In this document: positions 42,374-51,627 of the stretch, one piece after another
How positions within the stretch are numbered: the stretch's first letter is position 1
How the letters are laid out: each line of letters starts with the position of its first letter
NCBI GenBank assembly: GCA_016185755.1
Contig: JACPMX010000006.1
Coordinates: forward strand, 98,644 to 162,643
Source of the DNA: Candidatus Woesearchaeota archaeon
GTDB lineage: Archaea > Nanobdellota > Nanobdellia > Woesearchaeales > GW2011-AR4
Direction of reading: 5' to 3'
Length of the DNA stretch: 64,000 bases
Made by a program: the position numbers and the translations under genes
Notes under the pieces: model-generated
Told to the model about the DNA's origin: nothing
What the model saw: only the letters and a program-made list of their open reading frames with translations
Database searches by the model: none

Positions 42374-44212
42374 TCATAATTCCTGCCTTTTAATTCCTGC
42401 TGCAAGTGAAACAATTATCACAATTACGAGCAGCACAATTATTATTATCGCCAGGAAGAAAATCAGGCCCCTCCAGTTGATATTTCTAAAAAGCCCGGAA
42501 AGAAATTCCGTATCAGTGTCTGGACCCCTTATGACGAACTGCTGCATTGATGATACACTATCTGGAGCAGTGCAATTCAGTACAGTTAAGCTTGAAGCGC
42601 GCGTGTCTTTTACTTTGCCGTCGCTGGAGTAGAGATTTGCAGTTAAAGTATGCAGTCCGGGCTCAAGCCTGTTGCCTATATCTGGCCTGATAAGCCTTGT
42701 GACAGCATTGCTGCTTTCCGATTGTATGGGGAAATTATCCCGGGCAATACTGACTCCATTATCAACACTTACATCAACTGCAGCATTGCTTTCGTCCTCG
42801 CTTCCAATGTTCATCACTCTTGCATTTGCAGTCATATCCGTGCTGCAATCAACAATTCCCGGGCTAAATCCAAAGCTCAAAAACCTCAGGTCATGCTTTT
42901 CTTTTTGGACTTCAAGCTCCACATCAGCCTGATCGCTATGCTCGTCTCCGTTTTCATCCTCGCCTTGGGCCTCTATCGCTATATTATAGTCGCCTTCATC
43001 TATGCCCAGCGGAAGCTTGAATTTTAAAGTGGCTGTCTTGTCTGACTGGGGCCTTAAGTCGAATGAATTTGACTCATCTTCAATGTCCGTTCCACCAATT
43101 CCTTCTATAGCTGCAATTACCGTGACATCTTCGATATCGACATTTTCGCTTGAAGTGAAATCATTTTTCACAGTTATCCTGAGCTCGACAGATGATTCAG
43201 GCTTTGCCTCTTTTCCAATCCTGTCATTGTCATCTATATTGCTGCTTGTCTTACCATCTATTTTTACATCGATGTCAGTTATGGTGAGCTTGTTTCCTGT
43301 TGATGAGGCTACTTGCGTGCTTGGAACGCAATTGTTCCCTGATGCAGTTTGTCCACTTGGGCATCCGCATTGCGAAGCCCTGTTGACAAGATTTCCGCTC
43401 TCGCATAACAACGGCCTTGCTGAAGAGCATTGGCCTGAAGCAGTTCCGTCAGAGCATGCTTGAGCCTGCACTATGCAATTATCACCGCTTGCTACCTGCC
43501 CGGGAGGGCATCCGCATGTCAGTGCCCTATTGATTAGGCTGCCTCCAAGACAAAACAAGGGTCTTGCCGAAGAACATTGATTGAATGGAGTATTGTCGCT
43601 GCAAGTTTGAGCCTGCTGGGTTATACAATTATCACCGTTTGCAATCTGGCTGGAAGGGCATCCACAAACTGATGCGCGACTTATTAAGACACCATTATTA
43701 CAGAATAAAGGCCTTGTTGAAGAGCATTGGCTAAATGAAGTGCCGTCACTGCAAGTTTGCGATTGAGGAGTTTGCGGAGCCTGCTGACTTTGCTGTATGC
43801 AATCCTCGCCGCTTCTTACAAGATTCCCCGGACAGCCGCAGAAAGAAGCCCTTTTTACCAGTTTACCATTGTCGCAGAAAGAAGGTACATTGGCGCTGCA
43901 GAAGCCGTTTTTAGTGCCGTCTGTGCACCTCTCATCTTCCTGCCTCTCGCACACTATCAGGCACCCTGGGCTGCCATAATTGTTTCTTCCCTCAAATGCC
44001 TGGCAGCTGTTGATGGCCACAGGAACGCAGTTGTGGTTTCGCCCGTCGCCTGTGTCGGAGCAGCTTACCCTTCTATCATTGCCGTCACAGCTGATAACAT
44101 TGCCGCTTGATGTCGGAAAAGAATTTTTAGTGTAGGTTGCGGCTGTTGCAATGCCGGACATAATGACTAGCAAAGCAGCAAAAACAAAGAGATACTTCAG
44201 GAGACTTTTCAT
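42374..44212 (-). CDS. secreted/anchored Cys-rich repeat surface protein
   Basis: Signal-like N-terminus, four ~47-aa six-Cys repeats, a beta-rich module shared with the next two genes, and a C-terminal TM anchor. Confidence 0.65.
   Translation of the reverse strand: MKSLLKYLFVFAALLVIMSGIATAATYTKNSFPTSSGNVISCDGNDRRVSCSDTGDGRNHNCVPVAINSCQAFEGRNNYGSPGCLIVCERQEDERCTDGTKNGFCSANVPSFCDNGKLVKRASFCGCPGNLVRSGEDCIQQSQQAPQTPQSQTCSDGTSFSQCSSTRPLFCNNGVLISRASVCGCPSSQIANGDNCITQQAQTCSDNTPFNQCSSARPLFCLGGSLINRALTCGCPPGQVASGDNCIVQAQACSDGTASGQCSSARPLLCESGNLVNRASQCGCPSGQTASGNNCVPSTQVASSTGNKLTITDIDVKIDGKTSSNIDDNDRIGKEAKPESSVELRITVKNDFTSSENVDIEDVTVIAAIEGIGGTDIEDESNSFDLRPQSDKTATLKFKLPLGIDEGDYNIAIEAQGEDENGDEHSDQADVELEVQKEKHDLRFLSFGFSPGIVDCSTDMTANARVMNIGSEDESNAAVDVSVDNGVSIARDNFPIQSESSNAVTRLIRPDIGNRLEPGLHTLTANLYSSDGKVKDTRASSLTVLNCTAPDSVSSMQQFVIRGPDTDTEFLSGLFRNINWRGLIFFLAIIIIVLLVIVIIVSLAAGIKRQEL
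43328..43927 (-). repeat. four tandem coding repeats (about 47-58 aa, six Cys each)
   Basis: CTDGTKNGFCSANVPSFCDNGKLVKRASFCGCPGNLVRSGEDCI, CSDGTSFSQCSSTRPLFCNNGVLISRASVCGCPSSQIANGDNCI, CSDNTPFNQCSSARPLFCLGGSLINRALTCGCPPGQVASGDNCI, CSDGTASGQCSSARPLLCESGNLVNRASQCGCPSGQTASGNNCV. Confidence 0.85.
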
Positions 44213-44295
44213 GCAGCAACCCCTCACACATAATCATTAAATGAATATTTAAGGCTATATATGCAGTATATAGTCTTGGTTTTTAAATGTTATCA

Positions 44296-46842
44296 CTATA
44301 TCTTAGTAAAGAGAAAAATAGCAGTGAAAACGAAAAAGAGCGTAAAAGCCAGGGTGCTTAATGCCAGCAGCCTGATATTAGCATCGTCCGAAAATGCTAT
44401 CTCTGTTTGCGGAATCTGCGTTTTTTCCGCAGTTGTCGCTGATTCCTGATTTTGCGGCAGTAGCAGCTGCTCAGCCTCTTTTTTTGCCCGGCAATCCCCT
44501 ATACTAAGCTTTGCCGTCCTGGAATCGCTGAGCCTGCCGCTGTCAAAATGAATGCCTGCTGTTATCGTGTAATCTCCGCTTGGAGCAGACCCCTTTATCT
44601 CTAATTTTGCAGATTTTGAAATTTTATTGCCATCTGCTCCGGAGTTTAGAGATATATTTTGCACGGCAGAATCAATCCCCAGCTCCGCGCTTCCTATGCT
44701 GATGAACGCATTTTCCTCGTCTTCCTGGCCTGCATTCAGCACTTCATAATCAAGGCTTAAAACCCTGCTGCAGATTATTACCGGCGGCCTTAAGCCAAAG
44801 CTTAGAAACCTGATATCATGCTTTTCCTTCTCAAGCTCAAGCCCTATCTCAAAATGGTTCCGGTGCACAGTGCCGTTTTCATCCTCGCCTTCTGCTTCTA
44901 TGAGAACATCAAAAGTGCCCTCATCAGCTTCGAGCGGAATCTTGAATTTCAGCGTTGCGGATTTTTCGCTGCCTGCCCTAATGCCAAACTCATTTGCTTC
45001 CTCTTCCAGGTCATCGTCATTATCAATCTCTTCTATCGTGGCTTTCAATCCTATGCCTTCAATCTTCAGGCCCTCATCTCCTGTAAAGTCGTTTCTAAGC
45101 CTTATCCTGAATTCGGCATCCGAGCCTGGAACTGCATTTCTCCCGATTTTCGTGCTGTTGGCTACGCTGCTACTTTTCCTGCCGTCAATTTCCACATCAA
45201 CATCAATGATTTTCAGCATGCTTCCTGTTCCTGCGGTGATGTTAAATGACTGGTTTGCAGTTTCGACAAAATCAGTCACGCTTACATTGACATTGAAGAC
45301 TCCGACAGATGACGGAGTGAAGGAAATCAGCCCTGTTGAAGAGTCAATTGAAATTCCGGCTGCGCTTGATGCAATGGAATATCTCAAAGTGTCATTGTCA
45401 GAATCGGATGCATCCGCATCATATGAATAAGGCTCATTCCGCACTGCAGTTACCCTAGGCAAAGAAACTATATTCGGAGCACTGTTGCCTGCGGCATCAA
45501 CAGATATTGCAGCAAGCCTTGAATCTGCCGAGGAACCGTCCGTGACTGTGAAATTCAGGATGTTAATGCCTAAATCCGCGTTTGATGGCTTCCATGAGAC
45601 TGTTGCCAAAGAATTGTTGATTTTTGATATTGCAAATCCGGAATGGTTTGCAGAGTATGTAACCAAATCATTGTCGAAATCCGATGCGCTTATGTTAAAG
45701 CTCAGGTTTATTCCTTTAGAAACTGACTTGTTTGGGATGTCCTGCATCACAGGGGCGACATTGAGGTTTGCAACAGATACGCTCCATCTTAATGAAACCT
45801 GGTTTGAGAATGAGTCCCTTATAGTTGAGTTTATCATGTGAGTTCCGTTGTCGCTCAAGCCAGGACTATATGAGAAATTTGCCGGAGCTGTGCTGCTTAA
45901 AATCCCATCTATGTACCATGAGAAATTCAAAACTGAATCGTCGGGATCGGATGCATTTATGCTGAATGAAATGGAAGAGCCTTCTGCCACAGCCTGCGCC
46001 AGGCCCGGCGGCGAAAAAGCAATGATTTTAGGGCTGTTATTCACAAAAATGTTCAGCAGCCTGTCAGAGCCTGATTTGCCATAGCTGTCGTTGAAAAATA
46101 CCGTTATGTTGTAAATCTTATTGATGTTAAGGCTCGTATTCCAAAGGAAAATCCACAAGTCGCCATTTTTGCTCATTGAGAAATTTGTTCCGTTAAAAAC
46201 CACCGATGTAAAATTAATGCTGGCCGTGTCGTCTGTTATATTCACTGTTATTGTTACAAGCCCGCTTATGTTTGTGCTGTTCCCTGATGGAGCAATCCAC
46301 CTGTTTAACTGGGGGAACTGGTTGTCGTTTTTAAATCCCGGAGTTAATGTTGAAATGTTGAATGTTTTGGAGCTGCCGTCCGGGTACCTCCCTACAGAGA
46401 TATTTTCTTGCGAGGAAGATTGCTTATACTCCAGGCTATCCACCATTTTTCCCGAGGAATTATACAATGCTACAGTTCCTCCGGTATTTGACAATTCAAA
46501 ATCCGGGACTGATTCACCATATTCAATAATTTTTATCCCGCTCTGGTTTACCCTTGGAAAAGTTGAATTAAACAATGTAAAATTTTCAACCAAAACAATA
46601 AACCCGTTTGCAGGTATTATTGCATTTAATGTGAGGTTCTTGCTTGACGTTTCAGATATATTAAAACCGGTTAAGTTAACATCAAAGCTTTCATTATTGA
46701 ACAATTCAACCCATTCAGAGTCCGGCTCTATGATTCCATTTGCAAGAATCTCGTTGATAAGGGCTGCTGAATAAGCATTTAAAGAAAGCATAGGCATGCA
46801 TAACAGCAATACTGCGGCAAACACCCCTTTTTTTGCACCCAT
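44296..46842 (-). CDS. large surface protein with lamin-tail-like domain and Ig-like repeats
   Basis: Signal peptide, LINEILANG...SEWVELFN...ANGFIVLVEN (LTD pattern), N-x-S/T-rich beta repeats, the shared C-terminal module, and a TM anchor. Confidence 0.7.
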   Translation of the reverse strand: MGAKKGVFAAVLLLCMPMLSLNAYSAALINEILANGIIEPDSEWVELFNNESFDVNLTGFNISETSSKNLTLNAIIPANGFIVLVENFTLFNSTFPRVNQSGIKIIEYGESVPDFELSNTGGTVALYNSSGKMVDSLEYKQSSSQENISVGRYPDGSSKTFNISTLTPGFKNDNQFPQLNRWIAPSGNSTNISGLVTITVNITDDTASINFTSVVFNGTNFSMSKNGDLWIFLWNTSLNINKIYNITVFFNDSYGKSGSDRLLNIFVNNSPKIIAFSPPGLAQAVAEGSSISFSINASDPDDSVLNFSWYIDGILSSTAPANFSYSPGLSDNGTHMINSTIRDSFSNQVSLRWSVSVANLNVAPVMQDIPNKSVSKGINLSFNISASDFDNDLVTYSANHSGFAISKINNSLATVSWKPSNADLGINILNFTVTDGSSADSRLAAISVDAAGNSAPNIVSLPRVTAVRNEPYSYDADASDSDNDTLRYSIASSAAGISIDSSTGLISFTPSSVGVFNVNVSVTDFVETANQSFNITAGTGSMLKIIDVDVEIDGRKSSSVANSTKIGRNAVPGSDAEFRIRLRNDFTGDEGLKIEGIGLKATIEEIDNDDDLEEEANEFGIRAGSEKSATLKFKIPLEADEGTFDVLIEAEGEDENGTVHRNHFEIGLELEKEKHDIRFLSFGLRPPVIICSRVLSLDYEVLNAGQEDEENAFISIGSAELGIDSAVQNISLNSGADGNKISKSAKLEIKGSAPSGDYTITAGIHFDSGRLSDSRTAKLSIGDCRAKKEAEQLLLPQNQESATTAEKTQIPQTEIAFSDDANIRLLALSTLAFTLFFVFTAIFLFTKI

Positions 46843-46883
46843 TCACCCGACTTCGGGAAAATTAGGAATTATGTATTTAAACT

Positions 46884-47954
46884 TTACCGCGGCTTGCTTC
46901 TCAAATAGCCGAAAACAGCAAGCACGGCAAGCGCCAGTATTGCAATTCCCCCTGCGAGCATGAATACCTCCACAGGGGTGCTGAGGCTTGTGCTTTCTGT
47001 TGATGTGGAAATGCCTGAGCTATCCTCACTTTCCGGCTGTACCACTGTCACAGTTTCCTGTTTTTTTCCGGTGCCTTGGCTTGGCTGCTGCTGCACTGAG
47101 CCTGCTGAACAGTCTTTGACCACCAAGTCGGCTGTTTTCTGGTCGAACAATACAAAATTCTTCCAGTAAAGGTTTATGAAGATTGGGTAGGTGCCTTCCC
47201 TCATGAATGAGGGCACTTCTATGCTGAGGGTTTTTGTATGGGTTTTTTCCTCGTCGCTTGCCTCGCCTGACGATTCAAGCGATATGTCCCTGTCAAATGA
47301 ATTTATTCCCAAGTTGCCGGATTTGAATTCCAGCGCAACCTGGTTTTCTGCATTCGAGCCTGCATTCACTATTTCTGCTGTGAGCCTTGCTTTCCTGTCG
47401 CAGTCTATTGTGCTTGGGCTCAGCAGCACATTTGAAATCCTTATGTCGTGGCTCTGCTTCTTGACTTCGAGCTTCAGCGTAACTTCGGTATTGTACGAAG
47501 TTCCATTCCTGTCCTCGCCTTCAGCCTCTATCGAAGTGTCGTACGTGCCGGCTTCCGCATCAAGAGGCACGTGGAACTTGACGTCGAACCTGTAGTCGCC
47601 TCCCGGCTCCAGGTCAAAATCAAGGCTTTCCTCGTCCAAGTCAGAGCCGTCGTCTATTTCCTTTATGCTTGTCGTCACAAAAACGCCCCTTATCTCCGGG
47701 TCTTCTCCTGTGAATGTATTTTCAACCCTGATTGTGAATGTCACATTCGAGCCCGGAAGGATGTCAACACCTATTTTTGAGCCGTTGGCAACAGCGACTG
47801 ATGCTGAGTCTATCCTGTCCCTGTTCTCAACCCTGTATGTGTAGGCCTCGTCATAATCCACATTCACGTCAATCTCAGTTATCTGCAGGCCTGCAGCCAT
47901 TATAGCAGGGGCTAGCAAAAGCGCAGCCATGAGAAAAATAATTGATGTCTTCAT
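46884..47954 (-). CDS. surface protein consisting of the shared module plus TM anchor
   Basis: Signal peptide, then a module alignable with the C-terminal ~250 aa of the two upstream genes (IEAEGEDRNG, SHDIRISNVLLSP), a Ser/Thr linker, and a TM helix. Confidence 0.65.
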   Translation of the reverse strand: MKTSIIFLMAALLLAPAIMAAGLQITEIDVNVDYDEAYTYRVENRDRIDSASVAVANGSKIGVDILPGSNVTFTIRVENTFTGEDPEIRGVFVTTSIKEIDDGSDLDEESLDFDLEPGGDYRFDVKFHVPLDAEAGTYDTSIEAEGEDRNGTSYNTEVTLKLEVKKQSHDIRISNVLLSPSTIDCDRKARLTAEIVNAGSNAENQVALEFKSGNLGINSFDRDISLESSGEASDEEKTHTKTLSIEVPSFMREGTYPIFINLYWKNFVLFDQKTADLVVKDCSAGSVQQQPSQGTGKKQETVTVVQPESEDSSGISTSTESTSLSTPVEVFMLAGGIAILALAVLAVFGYLRSKPR

Positions 47955-48032
47955 TTTGTATTCATTATATAGTAGTTATTTTCCATATATAAAGCTATCG
48001 AAAATGCCGCTTCTAATTGCATTCGCCATGCA

Positions 48033-48509
48033 TCATTCCTTTTCACAGAAAAGGATTGTGTCATTTTCCTCTTCTGTTATCTTCAGGACCTTGAAGTTTT
48101 TCAGTATTAATTCCATAATCATGCCTGATTTTTTTGACCTTTTAAGAATGCTGAAAACAAAACCCTTTTTGCCGACCCTTTTCATTTCCCCTATGGACTT
48201 GGCTATGTCTTTGAAGTTGTGGACTGCTGTAACTGAAATGACAAAATCAAATGAGTTGTCCCTGAAAGGAAGGTATTCTGCGAGCCCAAGCAGTTTTGTG
48301 CCCTTATTCTGCCTAAGGAGCCCTATGCTGGGGTCAATGCCTATAACATTGCAGTCAAAACCGGAAGAAATGCCGGTTCCGCAGCCGACATCCAAGATGC
48401 TCATGCCATTGCTTATCTTTATATCCCTCTTTATTATCGAGAGCTTTTTAAGCTGCTCTTCCCCGTGCAGCTCATTGTAGCCCCTTGAGATTTTATTGTA
48501 GTAGTCCAT
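48033..48509 (-). CDS. class I SAM-dependent methyltransferase
   Basis: ILDVGCGTGISSG, FDFVISVTAVHNF. ATG at 48509. Confidence 0.75.
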   Translation of the reverse strand: MDYYNKISRGYNELHGEEQLKKLSIIKRDIKISNGMSILDVGCGTGISSGFDCNVIGIDPSIGLLRQNKGTKLLGLAEYLPFRDNSFDFVISVTAVHNFKDIAKSIGEMKRVGKKGFVFSILKRSKKSGMIMELILKNFKVLKITEEENDTILFCEKE

Positions 48510-48561
48510 CTTGCATTGCCCTTTCTTTGGGATGTCAAAAACCACCCCTCAAAGAAGGATG

Positions 48562-48680
48562 GCGTGCTGTAAGCATTGTTTAGTTTTGCTTTTAGTGGTT
48601 TTTGAGCACGCTCGAAATTCCACGATAAGACAGTGGTCGAGCTTACGAGACCACCACTCATAGAGATGGTGGAATTTCGA
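48562..48680. ncRNA. candidate structured RNA or palindromic element (unclassified)
   Basis: Three helices: GCGTGCT (48562-48568)/AGCACGC (48605-48611), TCGAAATTCCAC (48612-48623)/GTGGAATTTCGA (48669-48680), and GTGGTC (48633-48638)/GACCAC (48649-48654). Lies between divergently transcribed genes. Confidence 0.4.
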
Positions 48681-48738
48681 CGTTTAAAAATCTTTCAGCA
48701 TAGAAAAGCATAAATATGCGATTAAGTTTACCGGCAGC

Positions 48739-49410
48739 ATGAAAAAGACATTTTTACTGATATTGCTTGTCTTTATTTTTGGCTGCGCTCAGGCAAATGA
48801 CTTCAATTATGGATTGAAGCAAATCAGCTCGTTGAATTCCAAGTACAACACGACAATTGAAACCTATCCAAAAACCTTGGATGGCATCAGCCAAATGGCA
48901 AGCGAGTATGATGGGCTGAGAAAAATGCAGCTTGAGTCCGGGCAGGAGCCTTTCAATTACCTGATTGATTACAGGCTGTTGAATCTTGAAGCCGAGAAAC
49001 TGTTCATGCAGGGCCAGAAATACGGCAATTCAGGCACAACAAAATACGGGTTCGGATGCAAGATAAGGCCTTTAATTATAGAGTCAGCGGAATTAAGGAA
49101 CAAATCATCCAACAAGGGATTTGAAGCGGTCAATATTCTCAATGACTTTGTTAAGAAATATCCTGAAGAATCAAAAACAGCCGGACTGGCTGCAAAAAAT
49201 GCATTGTTTCTTAATGCATCATTCTACCAGGTATTCCGGGATGCCAGAAGAGACAGCAGCATAATAAACAATTTTTGCCCTGCAAATGTGACTTTGGAAT
49301 TATACAGGGAAGAATTCAGGAAAAGCACTAACTTTACACAAGATATCCTGGATAAACTCACTTATGAAGAAGCAGCCCAGATTTGGAAAATTTCAAGAGG
49401 CCTAAAATAA
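48739..49410 (+). CDS. putative lipoprotein
   Basis: MKKTFLLILLVFIFGCAQ is a lipobox-like signal. Confidence 0.55.
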   Translation: MKKTFLLILLVFIFGCAQANDFNYGLKQISSLNSKYNTTIETYPKTLDGISQMASEYDGLRKMQLESGQEPFNYLIDYRLLNLEAEKLFMQGQKYGNSGTTKYGFGCKIRPLIIESAELRNKSSNKGFEAVNILNDFVKKYPEESKTAGLAAKNALFLNASFYQVFRDARRDSSIINNFCPANVTLELYREEFRKSTNFTQDILDKLTYEEAAQIWKISRGLK

Positions 49411-49411
49411 A

Positions 49412-49828
49412 ATGGCATTGAAAAAGCCCGGCAGCGCGGAAGAATGCGTCTATTTCACTAACAGGACCATTGGCGACGGAAGGGCAATGGCATGGGTTTT
49501 TCGCAAAGAATGCCCCAAATGCAAGGGAATCATGGGAAAGCCCCTCAAGAAAGGAGGAAAGATTGACAAGAAAGCCGACCATTACGTTTGCTATTCCTGC
49601 GGCTATCAAGAGCCGAATGAAAAGGCTGAGAACAGCCTTATTATTAACGTTGAGTACAAGTGCCCCCACTGCGGCAATCAAGGCGAGACAACAACAGAGT
49701 ACAAAAGGAAATCATTCGAAGGAGTTCCATCTTACGTTTTTGAATGCCAGAAATGCAAAAAGAAGATCGGGCTGACGAAAAAATTAAAAGAGCCGAAGAA
49801 GAAAAAGGAAGAAAATCCGGATGAATGA
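49412..49828 (+). CDS. double zinc-ribbon protein
   Basis: CPKC...CYSCG and CPHCG...CQKC pairs, with a Lys-rich tail. Confidence 0.55.
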   Translation: MALKKPGSAEECVYFTNRTIGDGRAMAWVFRKECPKCKGIMGKPLKKGGKIDKKADHYVCYSCGYQEPNEKAENSLIINVEYKCPHCGNQGETTTEYKRKSFEGVPSYVFECQKCKKKIGLTKKLKEPKKKKEENPDE

Positions 49829-50072
49829 ACTGAAATTTTTGGTTGGCGGGTTTATGACCATCATGCTGTTTTTTATTGCGGTTTTTGCGCTGCTGTTTGT
49901 TTTCTGGGTTGTCATGCTTATCGACTGCATAAAAAGAAGCTTCAAAAATGAAAACGAGAAGATTGTGTGGGTGCTGGTTATAATATTCCTTCACATTATC
50001 GGTGCTATTATCTATTTCTTCGTGATAAAGATTGGAGAGCAAAAGAGGCTAATTGGAAAAGGAAAGAAATAA
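49821..50072 (+). CDS. PLDc_N-type small membrane protein
   Basis: FWVVMLIDCIKRSFKNENEKIVWVLVIIFLHIIGAIIYFFV matches the phospholipase-D-nuclease N-terminal domain pattern. Confidence 0.6.
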   Translation: MNELKFLVGGFMTIMLFFIAVFALLFVFWVVMLIDCIKRSFKNENEKIVWVLVIIFLHIIGAIIYFFVIKIGEQKRLIGKGKK

Positions 50073-50114
50073 TAAGCAGTGATTTACACTGATTTTTTTA
50101 TTAAGGGGGGGTAA

Positions 50115-50564
50115 ATGATTCCATTAGAATTCAAAGTTGAAATTCTAGATGATTCACATGAGATAAAAATCCCTATTTTTGGACCTGAATTGCCTCCTGA
50201 TAGGTGCTCAACATATGCAAGGCTGGCAGCAGAATTAATTTTTGGGATACATTACCCTGAAATCGGCACCAAGCAGATGAGATTTGAGCATGAAATTGAA
50301 ACGGTCCAGGTTTCCAATTCGCAATTACCGGAGCTAGTGGGGAGGGGAACTGTTAGGCCAGGCATGCTTTTAGGTGTTTATTCTGCCCGCAACAGGTATA
50401 ATGACGGAATACACCCTTATGCTCACTTAGCTTTATTCCTAGGCCAGCAAGCAAGAGTTCCTTTGTTTCTTGAACAATTAGGAAAAAGAATAAGAACCCC
50501 TAATCTTATGGATTATGATTTAGAAGGATTTGAAATTAAGGAAGCATTGTTTTTAAGGAATTAA
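50115..50564 (+). CDS. hypothetical protein
   Basis: 149-aa ORF. Cys...His spacing (DRCSTYAR ... YAHLALF) is faintly papain-like. Unsupported. Confidence 0.4.
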   Translation: MIPLEFKVEILDDSHEIKIPIFGPELPPDRCSTYARLAAELIFGIHYPEIGTKQMRFEHEIETVQVSNSQLPELVGRGTVRPGMLLGVYSARNRYNDGIHPYAHLALFLGQQARVPLFLEQLGKRIRTPNLMDYDLEGFEIKEALFLRN

Positions 50565-50610
50565 TTTAAAAATTGCTAAAGTGCTTTGGGATAAATGTTC
50601 CAAACAAAGC

Positions 50611-50910
50611 CTAGGCTGTTGTCAATCCCATTACTTCGGCTCTAAAATAAACCACTGCTTTTTGGTACCTTTCCCTTTGCGCAGGGTCTCCCTTATCCCT
50701 TTCAGCAACTAAATGGGAATACACTGCCCTTCTTTCAAAAGCGGTTAGTTCCCTTAATATTTGTAAATTGGAGGCACTTGAAGCATCACATGTCTGCAGA
50801 GCCAGGCTGGCATACTTTCGAATTCTTTCTTTGTCCATGGACATCTGTTCCAATGTCGCTTCGGCCTTCAATGCAGGAACTATTCTAAGCTCTCTTTCAT
50901 GGAAGCTCAT
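50611..50910 (-). CDS. hypothetical protein
   Basis: 99-aa helical ORF. Confidence 0.4.
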   Translation of the reverse strand: MSFHERELRIVPALKAEATLEQMSMDKERIRKYASLALQTCDASSASNLQILRELTAFERRAVYSHLVAERDKGDPAQRERYQKAVVYFRAEVMGLTTA

Positions 50911-50937
50911 TTTAAAAATAGAAACAGATGCCTATTT

Positions 50938-51543
50938 TTATTTGTTTGCTTTCTTTAAAATATCGTTAACCTTCTCCCAGTTGACAACATTCCACCATGC
51001 TGCCAAATAATCCGCTCTCTTGTTTTGGTACTTGAGATAATATGCATGCTCCCATACATCAACGCCCAAAATAGGAACTTTGCCTTCCATCAATGGGCTG
51101 TCTTGGTTTGCTGTATTAATGACGGACAATTTTCCGTTGTCAACAACAAGCCACGCCCATCCTGAGCCGAACCTGTTCAAGCCGGCATTAGTGAATTCTT
51201 CCCTGAACTTGTCAAAGCCGCCGAATGCCTCGTCAATTGCAGCTGCAACATCGCCGCTTGGGTTGCCGCCTGCATCAGGGGCCATTATCTGCCAGAAGAA
51301 TGAATGGTTTGAGTGGCCACCGCCATTGTTCCGAACCGCAGTCCTTATGTTTTCAGGAACATCATTAAGATGCTTTATGATCTCGTTTTCATCCATATGC
51401 TCGAATTTTGTCCCTTTCACAGCCCCTATGAGCTTGTCTATGTAAGCCTGGTGATGCTTTGTATGGTGTATCATCATGGTTTGAGCATCTATGTGCGGCT
51501 CAAGGGCGTTGTAATCGTATGGCAATTTCGGCAAAGTGTGCAT
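50938..51543 (-). CDS. sod: Fe/Mn superoxide dismutase
   Basis: [37 protein letters not shown] at 51543. Confidence 0.92.
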   Translation of the reverse strand: MHTLPKLPYDYNALEPHIDAQTMMIHHTKHHQAYIDKLIGAVKGTKFEHMDENEIIKHLNDVPENIRTAVRNNGGGHSNHSFFWQIMAPDAGGNPSGDVAAAIDEAFGGFDKFREEFTNAGLNRFGSGWAWLVVDNGKLSVINTANQDSPLMEGKVPILGVDVWEHAYYLKYQNKRADYLAAWWNVVNWEKVNDILKKANK

Positions 51544-51627
51544 ATTCCCACCTCCAAGTGTAATCTTAGAATGATTTATAGATATAAATAGTTTTTGATT
51601 TATATACCTCATAGATAATCTGTAATT

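Noticed and set aside
48434-48661. 75-aa minus-strand ORF in the 48.5-48.7 kb spacer
   Set aside because: It overlaps the methyltransferase N-terminus and runs through the perfect inverted repeats. The structured element explains the sequence better, though translation cannot be excluded.
48612-48680. Assignment of the 12-bp-stem hairpin as an H/ACA or C/D box guide RNA
   Set aside because: There is no ACA/ANA box within a few nucleotides 3' of the lower stem on either strand, and no RUGAUGA/CUGA box pair. It is kept only as an unclassified structured element.
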